From the NCBI GenBank assembly GCA_964016885.1, contig CAXHJY010000596.1:16841-80840 (forward strand): DNA of 64,000 nucleotides. The letters run 5' to 3'. Position 1 is the first letter of the stretch. Every line of letters starts with the position of its first letter. Shown one piece after another: positions 28,529 to 42,745 of the stretch. This DNA comes from Eledone cirrhosa. Taxonomy: Eukaryota. Both the position numbers and the translations under genes were made by a program. Under the pieces are notes generated by a model. The model ran no database searches. It saw only the letters and a program-made list of their open reading frames with translations, and was not told where the DNA came from.

Positions 28529-29013
28529 GGATAGCACCGTATCACCTGATACAGTAGGTCAGACGTAGCACACACGTGTAACACACACGACCGCCACCAC
28601 CTCCGCCACCAGAGAGAAGACAAACATTAGGGATGCACCTGAGTTAAATATTTAACAGGTACACCTGGGAGAGTTTGTGAACATAACCCCCTCGGTGGTG
28701 GTGGTGGTGGTGGTGGTGGGGGGGGGGGGGGGGGGGGGGGGGGTTATACTTTCACTTGGTAGGCACGGCTTTTGTTGTTTTTTAAGGGCTCTACTTAAGC
28801 CTACGGTAACTTACACAACCACGTCTGACCATTCAGCGAAAACAATTGAAATATTTACAGAAATAGAAACATCACAGCTCCGATATCTATCTATATCCTT
28901 AGTTCTCAGGGAGATTCAGCACGACCGTGTGTGACAAAGTGTTTAGTGCCCAGGAGCAATGTGGTAACAACGAAAATAAAATTATAATTTATCAGATCTT
29001 CTTACTCTACCTT

Positions 29014-29433
<420 letters not shown>

Positions 29434-29619
29434 ATAATTGTTTCTACTTTAGGCACAAGGCCAGCAATTACTCAGTGCATTACTGGTACTTTATTTTATC
29501 GACCCCGTAAGGATGAAAGGCAAAGTTAACCTCGGCGGGATTTGAACTCAGAATGGCAAGGGCCGTAACTCTTTTCTGCAAAGCATGGCGTCAGACCCTC
29601 TACCGATACTGCTAATCCA
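29434..29619 (-). mobile_element. SINE S1
   Basis: Matches the other S1 copies. Confidence 0.85.
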
Positions 29620-29945
29620 ATGGTTTCATGTATTGGCCACAGGGGCCGACATATAGGGGTCAATACAAAAGACTGGGACAGTCGGGGTTTACATATACAA
29701 AGTGTAAACAATATAAATAACAATAACAAAATAACAACAAAAATACAAGAAAAATTCCCCAATAGGGGGATGACCACCCAGGGTTCACTTATGTACCCCA
29801 CCAATCCTGAACGACCCGACGCTTCGCGAGCACCTGGGAAGGGCACCCCTCTCCTCCTCAAATTCACCCACTTACAGGCGCATGATCATAGTAGGCCCAC
29901 TCACAGGGGCCATTCTCGCCACATTCACCCACCTTTCAGCAAATG
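29620..29945 (-). mobile_element. Probable L1/Tx1-like LINE 3' end
   Basis: Minus-strand ORF end FAERWVNVARMAPVSGPTMIMRL* followed by a T-rich 3' UTR; clade assigned by resemblance only. Confidence 0.45.
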
Positions 29946-29953
29946 AATAATAA

Positions 29954-30230
29954 TAATTGTTTCTACTTTTGGCACAAGGCCAGCAATTTATCACAGTGTA
30001 TTACTGGTACTTTATTTTATCGACCCCGTAATAATAATAATAATAATAAGCGAAAGGTATAACACTATAGCATCACTATTTATTTCATAGCATAGTTACG
30101 TCCCTTTACAGTCTGAGTTCAAATCCAGCCAAGGTTAACTTTGCCTTTCATCCTTACGGGGTCGATAAAATAAAGTACCAGTAATGTACTGGGTAATTTG
30201 CTGGCCTTGTGCCTAAAGTAGAAACAATTA
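29954..30230. mobile_element. Two oppositely oriented SINE S1 fragments
   Basis: 29954-30030 (-) and 30089-30230 (+). Confidence 0.8.
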
Positions 30231-30279
30231 TATATATTTCTGGGGTGCTAAATTATAGTATGCCTTCTTCAGACAAAAT
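30229..30279 (-). ncRNA. Hammerhead ribozyme, family B (CTGAAGA variant), truncated
   Basis: TCTTCAG 30266-30272; GAAAT-ATAT-ATA. Confidence 0.55.
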
Positions 30280-30672
30280 ACAATATTAGATGTATAAAAT
30301 GTTATATGACATACACACAAGAGAGACCCTATGAGATCAATTCCAAATGGAGATGTCATAATAGTACCACTGACGATGTTGCAGATGTGCAACGAAAGAA
30401 CTTTGTTAGACTATATATATATATGTGTTTATATCTATATTATATCTGTATTTTTGACCGTTGGTCAGTCAATGATAAACATCCAACGATAAACATCCTC
30501 AATGATAAACATTGAGGACCAAATGAATTAACTGTGGAGATATAAAAGATACAGAAGCGAAAACCAACCAAACAGTGAGTGTGTTCTGTTATTATTTCTG
30601 GCAGTATTACAACAATATGACCCTCCTCAAGTATAACAATATGACCCTCCCCAAGTATAACAATATATATAT

Positions 30673-30994
<322 letters not shown>

Positions 30995-31292
30995 TTCGTT
31001 TCTGAATTTGTTTAGCAAGATTCTTTATCTGAAATCGTGTGTTGAAACCGATATTGTTATACTTTGGGAGGGTCATGTTGCCAATAAGAAACACACGCAC
31101 CAGTTGCTTTCACTTCAATTTAATTTAATATATATTTATAAATTTACAAATTTATAAATTTCTGGTTGGTTGGTTGGTTCCACAACCAGAAATTTATGAA
31201 TTTGTAAATTTATAAATATATATTAAATTAAATTGAAGTGAAAGCAACTGGTGCGTGTGTTTCTTATTGGCAACATGACCCTCCCAAAGTAT

Positions 31293-31300
<8 letters not shown>
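30995..31300. mobile_element. Fold-back with one-sided tail, no recognisable ribozyme
   Basis: Arms 31061-31167 and 31183-31300; ATGACCCTCC..AAGTATAACAAT also occurs twice at 30617-30665. Confidence 0.6.
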
Positions 31301-31346
<46 letters not shown>

Positions 31347-31493
31347 CGCGTGATGCGTTATGTCCTTGAGCAAGACACTTTATTTCACGCTGATCCTTCT
31401 ACCTGGAGTTGCGACTAATAGATAGTACTAGCAATTGGAAATACCAACGGAAACATTGTTGCCTCGGTCCGATTTGACGAAAGTCGATCGACC

Positions 31494-31524
<31 letters not shown>

Positions 31525-31726
31525 GGATCAATGTGTGAATAGATGTATGCGTGTGTACGAATCCGCCTTGTCTTTATGTGTGGATATGTTTAATGTGTGT
31601 GTATGACTGATGGGGCTACGCGTGCCCGTGTGTGTGTGTGTAGAGGGGGGGGGTAGGCTCATACAAGTGCACACACGTGTGCGTTCGTACGTCATAACTG
31701 ACATATTGCCAGTAGGTAAGCTGCTG

Positions 31727-31767
<41 letters not shown>

Positions 31768-31912
31768 GGAGAGAGAGAGAGAGAGAGAGATAGAGAGGGA
31801 GAGAGAGAGGGAGAGAGAGAGAGAGAGAGTGAGAGCTAAGTATAGTGAATTGTTAACCGATACCGAACGCAGCGGAATGCACCCGAAACACACACACACG
31901 GTGGCATACACC

Positions 31913-31947
<35 letters not shown>

Positions 31948-31975
31948 CCTACATATATATACACACATATACACC

Positions 31976-32015
<40 letters not shown>

Positions 32016-32044
32016 CTACATATATATACACACATATACACCAG

Positions 32045-32080
<36 letters not shown>

Positions 32081-32105
32081 GGTGTATATGTGTGTATATA
32101 TATGT

Positions 32106-32170
<65 letters not shown>

Positions 32171-32304
32171 CCTGGTGTATATGTGTGTATATGTATATAT
32201 GTAGGTATATATATATATATATATCCATATGTACATAATTATATATATGTATATGTGTACGTATATATGTATATATATATATATATATATACAATATGTA
32301 TATT

Positions 32305-32377
<73 letters not shown>

Positions 32378-32406
32378 AGGTGTGTGTGTGTGTATGTATG
32401 TAGGTG

Positions 32407-32438
<32 letters not shown>

Positions 32439-32876
32439 ACTATACATATATCTATACACATCTCTCACCCAGAACGTATGTGGAGTTGTTTTTCTTCACG
32501 GTGTGTGTGTGTGTGTGTATGTGTGTGTGTGTATGTATGTGTGCGTGTGCGTGTGTGTATGTGTGTATGTGTGTGTGTGTGTATGTGTGTGTATGTATGT
32601 ATGTGTGTGTGTGCGTGTGTGTATGTGCGCGCGTGTGTGTGTGTGTATAAGTCACCTAAATATTTGCTTAATCTTTGATTTCCAAACGTTCCTGTTATCT
32701 TGCGTTCTGAGTTCGAATCCCGGCTGTTCACCTTTTATCTTTTTGTCCTCCAAGTGTCGAGAGCTCTGTTGTACTGGGAGCCCTATGAAACGACTATGCT
32801 CTTCTTCCTAAACATTAGGGTCCTCTGCCCAAATTAGAAGACATTGCTTCGTGTTGCTCTTTGTAAGGTAATATAT

Positions 32877-33580
32877 TGGCAGTAACCAGTGGAGCATCGG
32901 AGAGCATGCTTTGCAGCATAGAGTTACGTGCCTTCGCCTTCGGAATTCAAATCCCTCCCAGGTAAGTTTTGCCTTTCATCCTTACGGGGCGGCGAAGTGT
33001 CAGAGTCGTTAAGACGTCGGATAGAATGCTTTACGGGGTTAGTCCCACCTCATTGCACAGTCTGAGTTGAAATCCCGCCGGGGTCAACATTGCCTTTCAT
33101 CCTTTCGAGGTCGGTAAAAAAAGTACCTGACAAGTACTGGGGTCGATTCTTCCTCTATAGAATAAAATCGGCTGTGTTCAGACCTGGAGAGGGTTGGCTT
33201 CTACCAGGTTTAAAGGTGCCCTCGACACATCATATGACGGGTGCCTCTACAACTCCACAACGAGTTGTGGGATCTTTATCCTATGCATACATGGTCTATA
33301 AATTAAAGTACCAGTAACGTACTGGGGTCGATTAAATCACACACACACCCACCCCCTCAAATTTAGAGTCCTGTGCCAAATCAGAAACAATTATTTGATG
33401 GCAGTATCGGTAGAAGGTCGGGCGCCATGCTTTGAAACATAAAGTTACCTCCCTTTGTGATCTGAGTTCAAATCCCGCCGAGGTTAACTTTGCCTTTCAT
33501 CCTTACGGGGTCGATAAAATAAAGTACCAGTAATGTACTGGCGTAATTGCTGGCCTTGTGCCTAAATCAGAAACCATTAT
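32877..33580 (+). mobile_element. Cluster of SINE S1-type fragments and one near-full copy
   Basis: Repeated GAGTTCAAATCC / GCCTTTCATCCTT / AAAGTACCAG motifs. Confidence 0.75.
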
Positions 33581-33834
33581 TTGATGTTGCTTTTTCTTTT
33601 GTTTATCTGTTTGTTCTCTGCTCTTTGTATTCTGAGTTCAAATCCCAGCATGGTAAACTTTATCGTTTATCCTTCCGAGATCGATAAAACAAAATCGATT
33701 TTTTTTTTTCCTTTCCCTCCTAAAATTACTGACCTTCTGCCTAAAAGATGAGAGGAAGGTGTCTTTACAGGATGGTATGTCAGATGAAATACATGTGTTC
33801 CGTTGTGATGCTTATGTTAGGTCAGATGAAGTGT

Positions 33835-34140
<306 letters not shown>

Positions 34141-34319
34141 TAGGTTTATGGGAGACAACGATACGTGTGATATATGATAGCTGATGTTCTTACACAAGAT
34201 ATCACCTTTCTTGGGCAGACTTGTTGAAGGAGGGAAAAGTAGCTGAGGGAGGGGATTCCTGGGAGGGGCGGGTGTAATGGGGGTATGTGGGAGGGGGTAC
34301 ATGGGGGGGGGTCATGAGG

Positions 34320-34516
34320 CGGGGTGTAGTGTGGAGGGAGGGTCCATGGCGGTGGGGTGTAGTGTGGGGGGAGGCTCCATGGGGGTCGGGTGTAGTGTGG
34401 AGGGAGGGTCCATGGCGGTGGGGTGTAGTGTGGGGGGAGGCTCCATGGGGGTCGGGTGTAGTGTGGAGGGAGGGTCCATGGGGGTCGGGTGTAGTGTGGA
34501 GGAGGGGCCATGGGGG
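34320..34516. repeat. G-rich 33-bp minisatellite, about 6 copies
   Basis: Unit GGGGTGTAGTGTGGAGGGAGGGTCCATGGCGGT and variants. Confidence 0.9.
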
Positions 34517-35135
34517 TAGGGGTGGCTCCACCGGGGGGAGGGGGGGGTCACTAAGGTAAAATGGCAATATATCGAGGCTGATGTAGATGTGTATGTATGT
34601 ATGTATGTACATATGTACGTATATGTATGTGTGTGTGTGAGTATGTACATATTTACGTATGTGTATGTGTGTGTGTATGTACAGATTTACGTAAATGTAT
34701 GTGTGTGTGTGTGTGTGTACATATTTACGTATGTGTATGTGTATGTACATATTTACGTATGTGTGTGTGTGTGTGTGTGTATGTACATATTTACGTATGT
34801 GTGTGTGTGTATGTACAGATTTACGTAAATGTATGTGTGTGTGTGTGTGTGTGTACATATTTACGTATATGTATGTGTGTGTGTATGTGTATGTACATAT
34901 TTACGTATATGTATGTGTGTGTGTGTGTGTGTGTACATATCTACGTATATGCATGTGTGTGTATGTAGATATAATGTATGTGTGAGTGTAGATATGTACG
35001 TATATGTATGTGTCTGTATATATATGTGTGTGTGCGTGTGTTATCTATGCTCGTGTGTGTGTATGTGAGGGAGTGTGAATAGTAAAGAGGAGACAGTTAT
35101 CAGCGAAAACACATTGTGTATATATATATATATAT

Positions 35136-35228
<93 letters not shown>

Positions 35229-35304
35229 AGTATATATATATATACATGTATATATATATATATACATGTATATATATACATGTATATATATATATGTGTG
35301 TATC

Positions 35305-35453
<149 letters not shown>

Positions 35454-35518
35454 CATATATATATATATATATATACGATATATTAACAAGTGGAAACTAT
35501 ATTTATAAAACCATATTT

Positions 35519-35580
35519 ATTTCATTATACATATTTCAAGGACACCAAGTCAAATTATGACGCGCTTTCATCAGATAAAA
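35519..35580 (-). ncRNA. Hammerhead ribozyme, family B
   Basis: TCATCAG 35568-35574; near-identical to 7470-7532. Confidence 0.72.
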
Positions 35581-35612
35581 TATAATATAGATCAGTTTTA
35601 TAAATAAATATT

Positions 35613-35780
35613 GGACATGGACACACTGGAAGAGTAAGACCAAGGTTAACGTATGTTGATGCCCTAAGGACAGACACTGGTCTGTTGGAGACGCAGGACA
35701 TGGCAACGATAATGAGGGACAGAGACCGCTGGAGAGAACTCGTCCATGGATCTCGGGAATTTTACCCGCCCTAGATAGAT
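35613..35780 (+). pseudogene. RTE LINE extreme 3' fragment
   Basis: GRVRPRLTYVDALRTDTGLLETQDMATIMRDRDRWRELV...* followed by a TAGATAGAT tail. Confidence 0.75.
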
Positions 35781-35844
35781 ACCCTTAAAGAATGCGACCA
35801 TTTCAGTTGGAAGTTCCCGGATAGTATATATATATATATATATT

Positions 35845-36184
35845 AGAAAGTGAGGTTTTTTTTTACAAAATGAAAAATAACCGAGGTGTCCTACCCGAGT
35901 GGAAGTATAAAGAAAAAGGGATGAAATCGAAAATGCAACTGAAGTCTTATTTTTTTTTTAAATATATATATTTATTTGGTTCCTTTAACGGTTTCGCAGT
36001 TCTTCTGCTTTTCAAAAGGTGAGTTAAGATGGAGGGTCTGAGAAAAACCACAGACCCTCCATCTCAACTCACCTTTTGAAAAGCAGAAGAACTGCGAAAC
36101 CGGTAAAGGAACCAAATAAATATATATATTTTTTTTAAAAATAAGACTTCAGTTGCATTTTCGATTTCATCCTTTTTCTTTATA
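35845..36184. mobile_element. Fold-back with two decayed hammerheads (35982-36019 -, 36072-36109 +)
   Basis: Arms 35908-36040 and 36051-36184; cctt TTGAAAA GCAG-AAGAA-CTGC GAAAC-CG-GTA aagg. Confidence 0.65.
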
Positions 36185-36222
36185 TGCACTGGGATAATTG
36201 CTGGCCTTGTGCCAAATGTAGA

Positions 36223-36275
<53 letters not shown>

Positions 36276-36322
36276 GTTTCTACCAAATGTAGAAACAAAT
36301 ATATATATATATATATATATAT

Positions 36323-36516
36323 AATTGTTTCTACTTTTGGCACAAGGCCAGCAATTACCCAGTGCATTACTGGTACTTTATTTTATCGACCCCGTAAGGA
36401 TGAAAGGCAAAGCTAACCTCGGCGGGATTTGAACTCAGAATGGCAAGGGCCGTAACTCTATGCGTCAAAGCAAAACATGGCGTCCGTCCATCTACCGATA
36501 CTGCCAATCCACCGCC
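36323..36516 (-). mobile_element. SINE S1
   Basis: Matches the other copies. Confidence 0.85.
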
Positions 36517-36568
36517 CTTATATATATTGCAAGCATGATTGGTTACTCCTTTATTACATTTATTGGTT

Positions 36569-36653
36569 GGTGACGCGCGTTTCGCTATTGATCAGCTCAA
36601 GGTTCGATCTGTATCGATCAAGCCCGACGCTCGAATCAAAAGCTCGTCGGACC
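36569..36653 (-). ncRNA. Hammerhead ribozyme with CCGACGA core (PLE-linked)
   Basis: Minus strand: ggt CCGACGA (36644-36650) GCTTTTGAT...ATCAATAGC GAAAC-GCGC-GTC acc. Confidence 0.75.
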
Positions 36654-36997
36654 TCTGCAGTAGTAATGACAGAATGAATATACATGGTATAGAAATGTCT
36701 AACATTCATACGTTGGTCAGTTTACGTTGTTTTGATTGGTGGGTTAATTAAGAGGAATGTTTTGGGGTCTGTAAGATAGGTGGTGGGAGGAGGGGGTGAA
36801 CGTAGTGACGAGGTGGTGATGGGGAGTGATGGTTGATGTGAGTTGCGGGGTGGTGGTGTTTTTTGGCTAGCCCTAGACATGCTGATGTGTATGTGTTGAG
36901 GCTGAGGTGGTGTGATGGTGTTGTGGTGGTGGTGTGGTGGTGGTGGTGGTGTTGTGGGTGATATGAGATAAAAGACTGCCGTGTTTTACTACTAGCA

Positions 36998-37231
36998 GGG
37001 CGGTGTATTGGCAGTATCGGGAGAGAGTGGGCCGCCATGTGTTCCAGTATAGAGTTACGTTCCTTTATGGTCTGAGTTCAAATCCCGTCGAGGTTAACTT
37101 TTCCTTTCATCTTTACGGGGTCGATAAAATAAAGTACCAGTAATGTACACTGGGGTGTATGGTGTGGTGGGGTGTAAAGTACCAGTAATGTACTGGGGTA
37201 ATTGCTGGCCTTGTGCCAATAGTAGAAACAA
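36998..37231 (+). mobile_element. SINE S1 with internal insertion
   Basis: S1 head and tail, with extra sequence at 37149-37176. Confidence 0.8.
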
Positions 37232-37348
37232 CTGTTAGGTAGCAGTAGTTTGGATGTGCTGTTTAGACATTGTTAAAGAGTACATGTGCTATAAGGAATT
37301 AATGAGGTGATGGGAGTGGTATGAGGTAAGTGTATGGAAATATATGTA

Positions 37349-37380
<32 letters not shown>

Positions 37381-37388
37381 CATACTTA

Positions 37389-37440
<52 letters not shown>

Positions 37441-37443
<3 letters not shown>

Positions 37444-37737
37444 TGGGTGCCAACTCGTTTTCGAGTACGGCCACTACTTTATATCCATGTAGGAGAACCC
37501 CTACCGATGCGCTGAACGAGTGTGACTTTTTAGTCCAGCCAGCGACCTGAAAACTCTGGTACAAACACTACACTTGCGACAATTACTGACACATAGTGCT
37601 GGGCCCATGGTACCATGAGACGACAAGTGCAGAGAGATCTCCAGATATAAAGCAATGCCTGTGCCGTGAAGCTTTTATAGTGAGCAAAGGCACTGCACAA
37701 AGCCAGTCCCACTCTCTTAACCAAGATGATATTTACA
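37441..37737 (-). mobile_element. Interspersed repeat (probably RTE-related non-autonomous), partial
   Basis: Reverse complement of 46525-46820; diverged relative at 54800-55090. Confidence 0.7.
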
Positions 37738-37853
37738 TATGAGGAAATATGGTGTAAAGTTGGTTTTGTGAAAGTAGAGAAGTCTATTAAGGGAACTTAT
37801 AGAAAAGTTGTTGTGTGAGAGAGTAACGGGAAAATAAGTAAACCTGTGTACAT

Positions 37854-38798
37854 ACTCACCCAGGGACACATGTCCCACTCACCCAGGGGCGTAGGTCCAA
37901 CTCACCCAGGGGCATAGGTCCCACTCACCCAGGGGCACATGTCCAACTCACCCACGGGCACATGTCTCACTCACCCAGGGGCATAGGTCCCACTCACCCA
38001 GGGGCACATGTCCCACTCACCCAGGGGCATAGGTCCAACTCACCCAGGGGTACATGTCCCACTCACCCAGGAGCATAGGTCCCACTCACCCAGGGGCATA
38101 GGTCCCACTTTCCCAGGGGCACATGTCCCACTCACCCAGGGGCACATGTCCAACTCACCCACAGGCACATGTCCCACTCACCCAGGGGCATAGGTGTCAC
38201 TCACCCAGGGGCACATGTCCCACTCACCCAGGGGCATAGGTCCAACTCACCCAGGGGTACATGTCCCACTCACCCAGGAGCATAGGTCCAACTCACCCAG
38301 GGGCATAGGTCCCACTCACCCAGGGGCACATGTCCCACTCACCCAGGGGCATAGGTCCCACTCACCCAGGGGCACATGTCCCACTCACCCAGGGGCATAG
38401 GTCCCACTCACCCAGGGGCACATGTCCCACTCACCCAGGGGCATAGGTCCAACTCACCCAGGGGTACATGTCCCACTCACCCAGGAGCATAGGTCCCACT
38501 CACCCAGGGGCATAGGTCCCACTTTCCCAGGGGCACAGGTCCAACTCACCCACGGGCACATGTCCAACTCACCCAGGGTTCATAGGTCCCACTCACCCAG
38601 GGGCACATGTCCAACTCACCCACGGGCACATGTCCAACTCACCCAGGGTTCATAGGTCCCACTCACCCAGGGTTCATAGGTCCCACTCACCCAGGGGCAT
38701 AGGTCCCACTCACCCAGGGGCATAGGTCCAACTCACCCAGGGGCATAGGTCCAACTCACCCAGGGGCACATGTCCCACTCACCCAGGGGCATAGGTCC
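37854..38798. repeat. 23-bp minisatellite, about 41 copies
   Basis: Unit CCCACTCACCCAGGGGCATAGGT / ...GCACATGT. Confidence 0.95.
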
Positions 38799-38967
38799 GT
38801 GCTTGCAGATCCACACGAGCATGGATGTAAATATATACACACACACGCGCACTTTATATATATATTTATATATATATAAGAACAAAAATCCGTTGAGAAG
38901 GCGATGCCTTGTTCGGTCTGTATACCAAAAGCTTATTTTTATAAGCAGACAGTATTATTGATTTAAG

Positions 38968-39350
38968 GGCGGTGGATTGGCAGTATCGGTAGAGGGTCGG
39001 ACGCCATGCTTTCCAGCATAGTTACGTCCCTTTACGATCTGAGTTCAAATCCCGCCGAGGTTGACTTTGCCTTTCATCCTTACGGGGTCGATAAAATAAA
39101 GTACCAGTAATGCACTGGGGTAATTGCTGGCCTTGTGCCTAAAGTAGAAACAATTATTGATTTAAGGGCGGTGGATTGGCAGTATCGGTAGAGGGTCGGA
39201 CGCCATGCTTTCCAGCATAGTTACGTCCCTTTACGATCTGAGTTCAAATCCCGCCTAGGTTGACTTTGCCTTTCATCCTTACGGGGTCGATAAAATAAAG
39301 TACCAGTAATGCACTGGGTAATTGCTGGCCTTGTGCCTAAAGTAGAAACA
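38968..39350 (+). mobile_element. Head-to-tail SINE S1 dimer
   Basis: Copies 38968-39152 and 39167-39350, separated and flanked by ATTATTGATTTAAG. Confidence 0.9.
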
Positions 39351-39645
39351 ATTATTGATTTAAGCGTTGCAGAAACCCACTTTCGGAGTATTCCATCTTC
39401 CATGAAGGGTCCGGGTAAATATTTCAATCATATCTCATTTTGTTTGACCAGTTTAGCTTATTCGCTTTTTTGGCTATGGTGGTTCTTAACAATCGTCTCA
39501 GCGTGTATGACCATTTTAACTTATGTTTATAGCTCTGGTATCTTCTTCTTCAGATCCATAGAGAGCTTGTCTGCACAATATGGAAGTTGCGTTTCGCTAA
39601 TTTCTACCCACCGAAATGCGATTCTCGTTAAATTATATTTGTGTA

Positions 39646-39765
<120 letters not shown>

Positions 39766-40369
39766 CGGAGACATAGATAGATAGATATACGCACACCCAT
39801 ATATACCTCACCCCACATAGTCACGGGGGTGGGGGGGGGGGGTACACAGAGTCAGATGAGCGTGCCTGGTTATATTCGTCTGCTCGTCGTGGCAGGGGAT
39901 ATGACGTTTTCGTTCGTGCGGTCACCCTGGACATCCGCACTGGCCGCGCGGGTTCACGCATGCGTCCTACGGGTTGTATGCATTTTCGGACACATCGACC
40001 CCTGCACGTGTCGCACATATGCCTGGGGCCCCGCATGTGTACACGCCGAGGAGATGAAGGGTCTCACAGTCTGGGAAGGGTCTCACATTCTATTATAAGG
40101 CTGCAGTCAAACGCATATGGACATACATACATACACACGCTTACACACGCCTATATACTCATCCCTACATAAACCTACAACTATACATGCGTGTACACAC
40201 GCATGCGCATACACACGCATGCGCATACACGAGACATCTGCCGGTGTCCGCGCATCGGCGTGGCATGTAGATGATATCGTGTGGGGATGAGAGGTAAGAA
40301 ATGATGTTGAATAATGGGGGTGAAACTAGTGATGCAAGATGGGATGATGTAAACTGTGGTGGTGAGGAG

Positions 40370-42030
40370 GAGTGTATGGTGTGGCGTGGTGGAGTGTATG
40401 GTGTGGTGGGGTGTATGGTGTGGTGGGGTGTATGGTGTGGTGGAGGGTATGGTGTGGTGGGGTGTATGGTGTGGTGGGGTGTATGGTGTGGTGGAGTGTA
40501 TGGTGTGGTGGGGTGTATGGTGTGGTGGAGTGTATGGTGTGGTGGAGGGTATGGTGTGGTGGGGTGTATGGTGTGGTGGGGTGTATGGTGTGGTGGAGTG
40601 TATGGTGTGGTGGGGTGTATGGTGTGGTGGGGTGTATGGTGTGGTGGAGTGTATGGTGTGGTGGAGTGTATGGTGTGGTGGGGTGTATGGTGTGGTGGAG
40701 TGTATGGTGTGGTGGGGTGTATGGTGTGGTGGGGTGTATGGTGTGGTGGAGTGTATGGTGTGGTGGGGTGTATGGTGTGGTGGGGTGTATGGTGTGGTGG
40801 AGTGTATGGTGTGGTGGGGTCTATGGTGTGGTGGAGTGTATGGTGTGGTGGGGTGTATGGTGGGGTGGGGTGTATGGTGTGGTGGAGTGTATGGTGTGGT
40901 GGGGTGTATGGTGGGGTGGGGTGTATGGTGTGGTCGGGTGTATGGTGTGGTGGGGTGTATGGTGTGGTGGGGTGTATGGTGTGGTGGGGTGTATGGTGTG
41001 GTGGAGTGTATGGTGTGGTGGGGTGTATGGTGTGGTGGGGTGTATGGTGTGGTGGGGTGTATGGTGTGGTGGAGTGTATGGTGTGGTGGGGTGTATGGTG
41101 TGGTGGGGTGTATGGTGTGGTGGAGTGTATGGTGTGGTGGGGTGTATGGTGTGGTGGGGTGTATGGTGTGGTGGAGGGTATGGTGTGGTGGGGTGTATGG
41201 TGTGGTGGGGTGTATGGTGTGGTGGAGTGTATGGTGTGGTGGGGTGTATGGTGTGGTGGGGTGTATGGTGTGGTGGAGTGTATGGTGTGGTGGGGTGTAT
41301 GGTGTGGTGGGGTGTATGGTGTGGTGGAGTGTATGGTGTGGTGGGGTGTATGGTGTGGTGGAGTGTATGGTGTGGTGGAGTGTATTGTGTGGTGGAGTGT
41401 ATGGTGTGGTGGGGTGTATGGTGTGGTGGGGTGTATGGTGTGGTGGAGTGTATGGTGTGGTGGGGTGTATGGTGTGGTGGAGTGTATGGTGTGGTGGGGT
41501 GTATGGTGTGGTGGGGTGTATGGTGTGGTGGAGTGTATGTTGTGGTGGAGTGTATGGTGTGGTGGGGTGTATAGTGTTGGGGTGTATGGTGTGGTGGGGT
41601 GTATGTTGTGGTGGAGTGTATGGTGTGGTGGGGTGTATGGTGTGGTGGAGTGTATGGTGTGGTGGGGTGTATGGTGTGGTGGAGTGTATGGTGTGGTGGA
41701 GTGTATGGTGTGGTGGGGTGTATGGTGTGGTGGAGTGTATGGTGTGGTGGAGTGTATGGTGTGGTGGGGTGTATGGTGTGGTGGAGTGTATGGTGTGGTG
41801 GGGTGTATGGGTGGTGGTGTGTATGGGTGGTGGGGTGTATGGTGTGGTGGGGTGTATGGTGTGGTGGAGTGTATGGTGTGGTGGGGTGTATGGTGTGGTG
41901 GAGTGTATGGTGTGGTGGAGTGTATGGTGTGGTGGGGTGTATGGTGTGGTGGAGTGTATGGTGTGGTGGAGTGTATGGTGTGGTGGGGTGTATGGTGTGG
42001 TGGAGTGTATGGTGTGCTGGAGTGTAGTGT
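40370..42030. repeat. G-rich 17-bp minisatellite, about 97 copies
   Basis: Unit GGTGTGGTGG(G/A)GTGTAT. Confidence 0.97.
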
Positions 42031-42124
42031 ATGTGGTATGTGTTGGTGTGGTTGGTGTTAGTGGTTGCTGTGTCTCAATGGTATGTGGAGTGTGTTGGTG
42101 TGAGGGAGGATGGTGGAGGTATGC

Positions 42125-42745
42125 TGATGTGTTTAGTGGTGTGGTTTTATGGTAATCTGTTTAGTGGTGTGGTGTATGGTAATGTGTTTAGTGGTGTGGT
42201 GTATGGTAATGTGTTTAGTGGTGTGGTGTATGGTAATGTGTTTAGTGGTGTGGTGTATGGTAATGTATTTAGTGGTGTGTGGTATGGTAATGTGTTTAGT
42301 GGTGTGGGGTATGGTAATGTGTTTAGAGGTGGGGTGTATGGTAATGTGTTTAGTGGTGTGTGTATGGTAATCTGTTTAGTGGTGGCGGGTATGGTAATGT
42401 TTTTAGTGGTGGGGTGTATGGTAATGTGTTTAGTGGTGGGGTGTATGGTAATGTGTTTAGTGGTGTGGTGTATGGTAATGTATTTAGTGGTGTGTGGTAT
42501 GGTAATGTGTTTAGTGGTGTGGGGTATGGTAATGTGTTTAGAGGTGGGGTGTATGGTAATGTGTTTAGTGGTGTGTGTATGGTAATCTGTTTAGTGGTGG
42601 CGGGTATGGTAATGTTTTTAGTGGTGGGGTGTATGGTAATGTGTTTAGTGGTGGGGTGTATGGTAATGTGTTTAGTGGTGTGGTGTATGGTAATGTATTT
42701 AGTGGTGTGTGGTATGGTAATGTGTTTAGTGGTGTGGGGTATGTT
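42125..42745. repeat. 27-bp minisatellite with a 215-bp higher-order duplication
   Basis: Unit GTGTTTAGTGGTGTGGTGTATGGTAAT. Confidence 0.93.

Noticed and set aside
25844-28623. His-, Gly/Asp-, Pro- and Val/Met-rich ORFs
   Set aside because: Trinucleotide arrays open in most frames.
38968-39055. tRNA-like heads with A and B boxes
   Set aside because: These are SINE heads; no complete cloverleaf is present.
39829-40172. GC-rich stretch with open frames, possible host exon
   Set aside because: It is homologous to 47850-47945 within the second PLE copy, so it is better explained as PLE 3' region.
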